The position numbers and the translations under genes are program-made. The notes under the pieces were generated by a model. It was given only the letters and a program-made list of their open reading frames with translations, was not told the origin of the DNA and searched no databases. 64,000 nucleotides of DNA from Paraspadella gotoi (lineage: Eukaryota > Animalia > Chaetognatha): positions 24,964,048-25,028,047 of the forward strand of contig CM119264.1 of NCBI GenBank assembly GCA_051294375.1, in the 5' to 3' direction. This document shows positions 54,331 to 64,000 of the stretch, piece by piece; positions within the stretch are counted from its first letter, which is position 1; the number at the start of each line of letters is the position of its first letter.

Positions 54331-55191
54331 CTATCTAATTTTTAATAAATATAATAATGAAGAACGAGCTGGTCTTCGGAGAGGAAAATTGGAAGGGGTA
54401 TAACCAATCTATTTAAAATGTATTTTAACACATGAAAAGGTTAAAATAAAGCTCGCGCTCCCCATTCATGTTCTTCCCAAGAACCTACGCTTTCCGAATA
54501 TACCCATATTGTTCCACTTTATTAAGTGCTTGACCATGGAATTTTCAAAATAATCGATTTCTAGCAAAAACCTGATTGCCCCTTCGACTCGAACGACTTG
54601 CATCCCCACCTTAGTTGTCATACGATTCCAATTCATGTTAATCAACAGTGTTTTATTGTTGTTTATATCCATTTCAAAAAAAAAAGAAATAAGGTAAAAT
54701 GTAGCGGTAGTATTTCCCACCCCCCTTTCATAGCAAAATGTATGTTCAAAATAATTTCATAATTATTAATATGTCAACAGTTGCTATTAATAAAAAAAGA
54801 TTGTTCCTTAACCTTTTCTACCAATGTTCACTACTTTGTGTAATAATTAAAATTTTGTATCCATTTAACAGGTTTGTTCTTCGAATAATAAATTAATTGA
54901 AATAAATCGAAATATTTCTATATTTCTTTTTAATGTTTAATATTGATATAAAATCACCAGACAAGTCAATTACAATAAAAGAAAAAACATAAAGAAGTAA
55001 AATATACAATGTAAATAAAAAAAATCATATTTTTATTTCTTTGAAGATTTTTCCACAAATTAAGATAATAAAAGACTCCATCAATATTATATATTTTTGT
55101 GTTATTTCTCTCTTTTCGTTGTTTTAGTAGCATTTATTGAAAACAAAAGTTTTTGTTATTTTTTACAACGATTTTTTTTATTGATAACAAA

Positions 55192-55237
55192 GACGGACAT
55201 GTTTCGACCCTTAGGGTTCGAGTCTTCAGCAGCGTTT
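55192..55237 (-). ncRNA. Hammerhead motif with variant core (CTGCTGA), same family
   Basis: Minus strand reads aaacg-CTGCTGA-A-GACTC-gaaccctaa-GGGTC-GAAACATGTC-cgt, followed by AATAAAAAAAATCGTTG as in the 13.1-kb copy. Confidence 0.6.
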
Positions 55238-58200
55238 AACATCAACTCGCCGTCTGGTCAATTGTTGCTCGGCTTCGAAATGGTCTTTTTGGCGAAGCAG
55301 AAAAGCCGGAAAGGCAATTACGGCATAGAGAGAGGGAGGCAGGGCGATATTGAATGGGACCGTCTTGGCCTTCGTCGTTTCGTGGTTGTTGTTGTGTTCC
55401 AGTCAAGCCGCCGTCGCTTATGGGCGGCGAAATGGAGTCCGCGTTCCGGAGTAAATACAATTAACAAAGGAAGTAGAATCGCAACGCTCCTTCTTTTATT
55501 GACGGCCGTGCGACTCCGAAAATCGGACGCGAGGCCCGGAGCACGAGGCGTCGAGAATACCGGGAGGATAGCAACGCGCGTGGAAGCACATAGGGATTAC
55601 ATGATACGAGAAAAGATAGCCAAGCGAATGGCGTGTAGTTGGGCGCAATGGGACGGGCGTTTTTGAATGGCGGTAGAAGATCTGGTAAAAAACAAATGCC
55701 CAAAGATTAAAGGGAAGGGATGGGTAACGGAAGAAGTAGTCGTCGCATGGGGTGGCGTTGCCGTGTTTTTGAGCCGTTCACTGATTCGAATCCGTGGCGC
55801 TGGGAGATAGATTTATCGTAATGGGAGATCATACTGAACGAGTTGTCGATTGTCCAAAAACTAGAGAGAGAGAGAAGAGAGAGACGAGAAGAGAGAGAGG
55901 AGAGAGAGAGAAGAGAGAGAGAGTAGAGAGGAGAGAGAGAGAGAGAGACAGAGAAGAATAGGAGGAGAGAAGAAAGAAAGAGTAACGAATATGAAAAGTG
56001 AAGCATGATTTAAATTAAAGTATGGGTAATGAATTATTCTTCTCTCTCTCTCTCGTTTTTCTTTTCTTTTCTCTCTCTCATCTCCCTCTCCTTTCTCTTC
56101 TCTTCTCTTTGTCTCTCTCTCTCTCGTTTCGATATTTTTTGGATATGTAACCGTCACCATGCGTTTCTTCATTAGACATTCCCTCTAACGTGCATCCTTT
56201 CTGCTCTCGTTTGTGTCTCAATTCGGAGTTTTTTTTTTCGTTACGTCTTACAGCTTCTCTCTGCTTCTTTTTGTTTTCGTTTCGGTATTTGTTTTTTAAT
56301 TATACCGATTGCATTTTTTTTAATGTACACGTGTGATTTTTTCGTCTCTCCGTTTTGAGTTTTTTTACATGACTGTCTTCCGGACTGTGTTTTCTTTTTG
56401 AGGTTTTCTTTTTTTAATGATTATTCAGCTTATATATATTAATATAATAAAATATAATCTAGATTTAAAGCAAGATGATTGTATTTTAAGTTTTTACTTC
56501 TTTCGGTTGAAATTCGAGACTTCATGTCAAGTGCCATAAAAATCAAACTGACGACAATTTGGCGACGAGGCAATTTATATGGAGTTCAGCTCGATTTGTA
56601 AAATATAACGCTGCCAAGATTTCTTTCTAGTTTGTCTAGATTTCCGAAAGATTTTTTTTTATATTTTTTTCATTTATTGTATTTTTTGCACTCTCAATGT
56701 TAAGGGATTTATTTTCTTCATTTAATTTGACTTTCTGTTTTTTTAATTTTCTTTTGATTTTATTATTTTTTTCCTTCGGTTAAAACAGGCCTTTATTTTG
56801 TAACTTAATGAAAGATAGTAAAATAATTTTTTCAGACCTAATATTCTTTCTTTAATCTAAGTTCTAATCTTATTGATTAACCCTCTTGAACTACGAAGAA
56901 AAAGAGGAAATGAACATCGGCGGGCAAAGGAAAAAGAAGAAGCTCTTAAATTTCTCCTCTCACATGTGCATCAGGGCATTACATCTTTTCCTTCTTCAGA
57001 CATCCTCAAGGCTGAGATGAAGCATGCTCAACAGACGTTCTCCAGGAGCAAAAAGGAAAACGTTAAAAAAACTGGGATACCAATAAAAAAAACAAAAACA
57101 AAAAAAAACGACCGAATCGGAAAAAGAAACAACAAGAAACAAACCCGAAGACTCTCGGTGTTTGGCCTCTCACCATCGGCAAATATGTTTTTCTCTCTCT
57201 CTCTCTGTTTTGTTATCGTTCGTGTTGGCCTTTTTGCCCCGACACTTGGCTTTTTTTTTACCTTCTCACCCTCAGATTTTGTCGCCTCCCTTTACCCGCT
57301 TCCCCTTGTTTTCGCCGGCCTGTTTTTCTCCATGCCTATTTGTCGGCCCTCCACCCACTCCTCCTTTGCAAACTCCCGCCTTCCCCGTTGGTCCGCTTCT
57401 TTATGTCTGGCCCCTTCCTGTAAAACAAAAAAAAGAAAAAGAATGGAAAAAACGGGTTGGCAAGTTGGCTCAATTTTTCCCTTTATTTGCGGCTAGCTGG
57501 AACAGAATGGGCGGCGCTCCGGTTTGGGCGTCCGCATCGCCCCAGCGTCGGGCCACGGCAAGCGTCGGTCTTGGCGGCCAGCGTCGGCCCTCGGCGGCCT
57601 GTCGCCGGCGACGACGGTAAACCGAGTTTCTACGGCGTTGAATGCTGGTTTCGCGGAATCGAAGGGCAACGCAAGTCGCGTTCGGGACTCGTCGTTAACG
57701 TCGGCTGTCGTCGTCGCGTTGACATTGAATGTCGTCACGATTACATCGCTTTTTTTGGTTTGACGTGTGAGTCGCCGTCAATGTCGGCATATGCCATTCG
57801 TTCCTTTCTTTTGGACTTCTGGGACATTCGATGATGTTGTCCATCGGGTCGACCGTCACTGCTATCGTCGACACGATCGGTCGTCCCTGTCATCATCGGA
57901 CATCGTCGTCGTCCGCGGTCCCATCGTCCGTCGTCTGACATGTCGATCGTCTCGCCTATGTGCAATCGTCGTCGTCTGTATCGTCAGATCGTCCGTCGTC
58001 GTATTTACGCTCGATCGTCTGACTCGATCGCGTCGTTGTCGTCCGCGGTCCTTTAACCACGCTTTAGCCGTCAACTCCGTCCGCTTATCTTCGGCTATTG
58101 AGTCAAAAAAGCAAGCGGACTTTCGGCGGCTTCAAGTGTTCCGTCGTCTCTCGTCCGTCGTCGTCGTCGTCGGTCGTCGTCGTCGTCAACCGTCTTAGCG

Positions 58201-59284
58201 TCAAATCCTTTGACAAAGGTGGCGTTTTTTTTATTCTTTTTCCCCTTCATCAAAACCTGATTTCTCTTGTTTTTTTTGGGTTGGTCACAAGTCGGTTTAG
58301 GAATTTTTTTTATCTGATTTAATTAATGCATTATTTTAATTTTTCTTATTGGGTTCTTTTTTTGTTTTTTTGTTTTTTGTGTTGTCTCGAGTCTGGTCGC
58401 GAATCGGAGTCCTTTCTCGTTGATTATTGTTGTTATTAGATTGGATGTTCGTTGTTGATTTGTTGGTAGTCGTCAATTCCTTTCATTATTCCTTCAATAG
58501 CTATTATCGTCTTTGGTGGCGGCGCAGTTGCCCTGTCGCGCTAATCTCGGGCGATCTGCCGCTTGACCGCAGTTTATGTAGGCGCAGGTCAGCCAACGCG
58601 GATGGCCGCTGCGCCGCAGCTTTGTGTGTTTCGCCTTTTTCCGCTGATCAGTTGAGTCGTTAGTGAAGAAAAAAAAAAAAAAAAAGGAGGAAAAAAAAAA
58701 AGGAAAAATGAAAAATAGGGAAAAAAACCGAGAAAACCCAAAAATAAGAAAAAAACAAGTTTGGAAGCAAACAAATGTCCGGAATCTGCCTACGATAATT
58801 AAGCGTAATGAGCTAACTTGGTCAACTGTGCATATTTGCATAATGTATTCATAATATATTCACTGGCATAATATTGTCAACTGGCCGAATAATTTGGTCA
58901 AACTGGGCATCAATTTTCTCAACATGATATAATTTGGTTAACTTGCTTAATTTGGAAACAACTGAATTTTTGAAACATGGACATAATTTGGTCAACTCAA
59001 ATATCTCTGAGTCAACCAGATTAATTTGGTCGACCAGGCATTATTGTGGGTCAACTTGGCATAATTTGGTCAATCAATTAATCATAGTCAGAGAGAGGAG
59101 TGATAAGAGATACTTTAAACAATCAAATAAATGTGTGTTTTGGGTTTTCTAATTAAAATTTTCCACTCCTTACGAGTTCCCTCAAAAATTTATTCCAGCT
59201 TATTACATACTTTCCTACCCACACACCAATTTCATTTTCAATTTTATCTATTATGACGAACAGCCGGTGGCCGTGAATGCCCAT

Positions 59285-59542
59285 TAGGGACTGTGGATGA
59301 ACATGTGAGATAAGGGCTACGTGGGCTGAAGATGACTGTCCCGTAACTTCTTTAACCCCCTCTTAGCAGCCATGGACGGGTCCCTGGGCTTGAGAACCAG
59401 GCTTGAGGTTTGCCATGCCCCAGGCGGCTTTACGGCCGTCCATCACGCTTCCCGCCAGGGTAGGTACCGGGGTTGGGATTGAACTCCGGTACCCCTAGTG
59501 GTCATGAGCTGATGGCCTTTACTCAATAGACCACCGCGGTCA
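59285..59542 (-). mobile_element. tRNA-derived SINE (family A), nested inside family B
   Basis: Minus strand: GACCGCGG, A-box-like TGGTCTATTGAG (59533-59522), B-box GGAGTTCAATCCC (59487-59475). The body is homologous to 25795-25972. Confidence 0.65.
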
Positions 59543-60604
59543 CAACTGGAAGTGTCATGATTCCTAAGGCCGGGGAATGGACTAGGCAATGGCCCGAACT
59601 AACAAACACTACGCCTGGGGATGGTGTTGGTTCCCCCTCTGAGCCAAATGGATTTGGCGTGGAACGAAAGGGGTGGACATGAGGCGTTGGAATATACCGG
59701 CCACAGCTATCTATTTATAAATATTAATATAATAATGAAGAGACGGAGTGGTCTTCGGAAAGAGGAAAGATTGAGAAAGGGGTAATAACAATCTATTTAA
59801 AATGTCATTTTAATACCATGAAAAGGTTAAATAAAGCTCCGTGCTCCCATTCCATGTTCTTCTCCAAGAAACGCACGCGCTTCCGAAAGGTATACCCCTA
59901 TTGTATTTCCACTTTATTAAGTGCTGACCATGGAATTTTCAAATAATCGATTTCTAGCAAAACCTGATTGCCCCTTCGACTCGAACGACTTGCATCCCCA
60001 CCTTAGTTGTCATACGATTTCCAATTCATGCTTAATCAACAGTGTTATTGTTGTTTATATCCATTCAAAAAAAAAGAAATAAGGTTAAAATGTAGCGCGT
60101 AGTATTTCTTCCCCCCCTTTCATAGCAAAATGTATGTTCAAAATAATTTCTTAATTAATAATATGTCAACAGTTGCTATTAATAAAAAAAGATTGTTCCT
60201 TAACCTTTTCTACAATTGTTCACTACGTTTTGTTAATAATTAAAATTGTGTGATCCATTTAACAGTTTGTTCTCGAATTACTTGTATAAGAGAAGAATAA
60301 ATTAATTGAAATAAATCGGAAATATTTCTTATATTTCTTTTTAATGTTTATATTGATATAAAATCACCAGAGACAAGTCCAATTACAATAAAAGAAAAAA
60401 CTAAAAAGTAAAATATACAATGTAATAAAAAAAATCATATTTTTATTTCTTTGAAGATTTTCCACAAATTAAGATAATAAAAGACTCCATCAATATTATA
60501 TATTTTTGTTGTTATTTCTCTCTTTTCGTTGTTTTAGTAGCATTTATTGAAAACAAAAGTTTTTGTTATTTTTTACAAACGATTTTTTTTTTATGATCAA
60601 CAAA

Positions 60605-60652
60605 GACGGACATGTTTCGACCCTTAGGGTTCGAGGTCTTCAGCAGCGTTTA
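60605..60652 (-). ncRNA. Second assembled copy of the 55.2-kb hammerhead motif
   Basis: Same sequence as 55192-55237 with one extra G, inside the duplicated 55246-60660 block. Confidence 0.45.
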
Positions 60653-60823
60653 ACATCAACAATTAATTTGGAGACATAAGTTAAGAGGAGAGAGAGAGAG
60701 AGGAGAGAGACGAGAGAGAGAGAGAGAGAAGACTAAAGAGAGAGAGAGAGAGAAAAGAGAAAGAGAGAGAGAGAGAGAGAGAGATGAGGAGAGAGAGATA
60801 GAGAGAGAGAGAGAGAGAAACGA

Positions 60824-60854
<31 letters not shown>

Positions 60855-61500
60855 AGAAAGAGAGGATGACAGAGAGAGAGAGAAAGAGAGAGAGTTTCCA
60901 ACAAAGAACTGAGNNNNNNNNNNNNNNNNNNNNNNNNNTAAAGGATAGTGGTCAGATGTGAGGACAGGTGAGAGAAATCTAATCTCAAGATCTCAATCGC
61001 TCTCTCTCCTCTTTCCTCACAACTACAGTCAATCACTCTTTCTCTTTTGCCAAATTTCTCTTTCATCAAAAAATAACTGATTGTTGGAAACTGGAGATTT
61101 AATAGTACGAAGTCTTAGAAAACTTAACAATTAACCCACACAATACGCACACACAAAAAAAAGATAAATATATCACCGGTGTTTAGGTTCCAAACTTATT
61201 TATTAATACTCAAATATTTTAAAAATATTTTGATAATAACGATTAGTCTCGGTCTTTATTATATTTTTATAGTTTTTGTTATTTTTTAGAGATATTTAAT
61301 GATTTTATCTGAGTTTAACTCTGTCCGTTCGAATCGAAGAAACGAACCTATATTTACAGTCAGAGAGACGAAGGGTTTAGAGAGAGAGACCGGTGGTAAG
61401 TCGCCTGAAAGTCATTCCACTTTGGCTTTAGCGTCAATTTAATCAAACTGAGTTATTACAAAAACCAATTTTCCTTTCATCTTCACCTGATTGAAATCAG

Positions 61501-63767
61501 TACTTCGGCTATGGATTAGATTGACATGATTACATGATTACCCAGATTGTCAATATTGCCTGGATTCCAGGCTGGAATAGGTGGAGATTGAAAGAGATGA
61601 TTGCGAAGACGTCAACACCACGGTGAGTCTGAACAAAAAGAAATTCCTCATTTGCCATTTAATGATGACATCTGCTTATTACTTAATTTACCTAATTTTT
61701 TGATTGTCTTTATTTATTTCTTTTTTTTAAACTTATTTTAAATAAGATTGGAACATCCCGTATAAAATAATGCATTCATTCAATAAACAAACTGTAAACT
61801 ATTACAAACTATTACCATATCTAGACTTGCTGTGTTGCAAATTCCATTATGAAAAATTATGTTTTCTCTTGTTTCCTCTTTGTCCTCGCCTTTGTTCTTA
61901 CCTTTGTACTCACCTTTGTCCTTGCCTTGATGTTGAACATCTCAATGTCCTTTGAAGATTTTACAAGAGAAATTTAAATTACAAAATTTGCTTTTTTAAT
62001 TTAACTTAAAATCTCCATTGAAGCTTAAGAAGTAGTTACTCCAACCAAATGAGAAAAATGCATACGACTTTTCCAGCTCTTTTTCTTTCAATTACCCTAA
62101 ATATACTTGATGTTTTTACCGATGTTAGAACTGCTATAAGCTACTTGGTCTCTGATTCTGTTTTTTTCGTCATATTTGGATGGACTCTCGTAGGTACAAT
62201 ATTTAAAATTGGAATATACATAAAAAAATAGAATTATCTTCATAAACATTTGTATAAATATAATGCAATGATTTGTTTACTGCTTTTTTTGGTCATTGAT
62301 GCTTGCAGCTCAACGCAATGAGTCACTTTTGGTTATTCAGTCAGTCTGTCTTTCTGTCTGTTGATTTGTGCCACTTCTGTTAGAAATACTCAAGTAATTA
62401 TGTATTATTTTAGTTTATACTTATAGTAATAACGTGATGTACCATGAGTTTGTCTAATTCATACTTGAGTAGTAAACTGAGATATCAAAAAAACTTATTT
62501 GTTACAATGTTAGGAGTCTACGTTCGTTCTTAGAGATCGAGGAAGACTTTTCAATGGAGATTTTCGTTCAAATCTGACTACCGAACAATATAAACGTCCT
62601 GTAAAAATTCTGGGTAAAAATCGATGTAAAAACACTTGATTCCGATCCCTGTTGCATTCTGAAGGGCTCGCATTTTTTTTCTCTTGTCAAATCATCATTC
62701 ATCTTGATATCAAACAAGCCAGAACAAATTAGACTGCTTCTCGATGGAAAAAATTTTCCATCTCTGATTTTATATAGAAATGAAAGGGATTTTTTTCCTT
62801 GAAAATGATATAAACGTGACTGAGGTATGTTCCTGGTTTAACAAATGAGGTCTAATTTTGGATTCCTTTGGCAAAGTGTCTGAAGGCTCTCAAAATTTTG
62901 TCTTTACATTTTATTTGATTATTTTGATATTGATACGATCATGGTAAAATGAATTAGTCCATTTTGGTGAAAAATTTTTATTTAAAGTAAAAGTAAAAAG
63001 AGGAGCTAACGATCGGATTCTAAGAGTTTTCCAACCGGAGTCAGATTCGGGAAAAATCTTCTATGGCGAAAATCTTCCAAGAAGGGGTGGATTTTCCAAA
63101 GATTTTCTGGTTAAATTTTCTATATTTATGGTTGGATTTTTTTTGAAACTTAATATTAACAATATTTGCCATCATTCTACCTCTGGCCGGTATAATAAGA
63201 ATATATTAAAAAAACCTCCGGGCTTTGTTCGTCAGAGCTTAGTCCTAACAATGTTGCCTATGTCATAATTGTATCATCACATGACCATGAGGATAAATGG
63301 TCATATGATCAGAATCGTAAATAAGGCTTCTTTCATATTTTTACCTTGGTTTCACTTGTTACATTACAGATAAGTGATAAACCATAAAATGTTTGAGTCA
63401 TTTGGCGCAACACCTTAAACTTGACGATACTGTTATTAATCATCATTAAACTATTGAATTTCCTTTTTTTATCTCTCGGCCAAACAGCCATTCTTATCTT
63501 GCACTGCAGTGTGTCCTCTTTTTATGGGATGAGAATCATTTGGAAATCAAGAAATACTTTTCTTCATGTTGACTAAAAATCGTTGGCGCGGAATGACCAC
63601 TTTGGTTTCCATATTTTAGGATTGGGTTACTTGTTCCTATAATGATTGACCTTGTATCGTGTTGATCCTACTAAGTTACCAGATGGAGCTAATGAGATGA
63701 AGTTAAAACAAGAATTGGTCAGCCAAAATGTCCCTCATACAGATCATGCGCTGAAACTTATCCCCAG
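61501..63767 (+). pseudogene. Disrupted multi-exon gene for an XK-related (Xkr/CED-8-like) multipass membrane protein; probably continues past the window end
   Basis: Exon-like blocks with splice signals: 61501-61622 (cag|...|gtgagt); 62049-62189 encoding SITLNILDVFTDVRTAISYLVSDSVFFVIFGWTL, like the XK first-TM D-x-x-T-D motif; 62514-62824 (ttag|...|gtatgt), open only if two +1 homopolymer shifts near 62605 and 62792 are removed; about 63470-63767 encoding LGQTAILILHCSVSSFYGMRIIW...FHILGLGYLFL**LTLYRVDP...TDHALKLIP, like XK HLLQLG and D..LKL, ending at |gtcagt. In-frame stops at 63574 and 63640-63645. Confidence 0.5.
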
Positions 63768-63901
63768 GTCAGTTTCTAATTATAAATGTCCTTGATACAA
63801 GTATACCGCAGTCCAAAAAGGCGCAGTATGAACGGGCTATAAGAGGACAGTTCTCACAGCACTCTGCCACTGTTTTCTACAATTGTATATTTGGGTTCCA
63901 G

Positions 63902-64000
63902 TGGGATTCTCCCTACACGGTATTCCTCCCCACGAAATTCCTCCCACGCGGGATTCCTCCCTTACGGAATTCCTCCCCAAGGGATTCCTCCCACACGGAA
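63902..64000. repeat. 16-bp minisatellite (ggattcctcccacacg)n, cut by the window end
   Basis: About 6 tandem units. Confidence 0.8.

Larger units (their letters stand above)
55246..60660 (+). other. Indel-rich tandem copy of about 50305-55245 (likely artefact)
   Basis: Collinear over about 5 kb with insertion-biased differences, followed by the 25-N gap 60914-60938. Confidence 0.85.

Noticed and set aside
50305-60660. True 5-kb segmental tandem duplication
   Set aside because: The differences are mostly scattered 1-2 bp insertions typical of raw long reads, and the block ends at a 25-N gap.

Overview
This window is AT-rich, CpG-undepleted, microsatellite-dense eukaryotic DNA, most likely from an invertebrate metazoan draft scaffold with many N gaps. 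It is not prokaryotic, and almost all listed ORFs are microsatellite or N artefacts. Five gaps are exactly 25 N and each follows indel-riddled sequence that re-copies nearby DNA (about 3.3-6.5 kb, 25.1-28.2 kb inverted, 36.7-36.9 kb, 42.7-46.9 kb, 50.3-60.7 kb), which suggests long-read gap-filling artefacts. Features I can support: (i) a two-exon gene for a 114-aa secreted protein with eight cysteines and a MANEC/MANSC-like pattern (19897-20406); (ii) a disrupted multi-exon XK-related membrane-protein gene at the right end (about 61.5-63.8 kb); (iii) a family of minimal type I hammerhead ribozyme motifs typical of Penelope-like element pseudo-LTRs, one with an intact core inside a 174-bp palindrome (12957-13130) plus degenerate copies at about 12.2, 55.2 and 60.6 kb; (iv) tRNA-headed SINE-like families, one nested and one present in only one of two duplicated copies; (v) several MITE- or Helentron-like elements, minisatellites and clusters of transcription-factor motifs. 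I see no rRNA, intact tRNA or CRISPR array.
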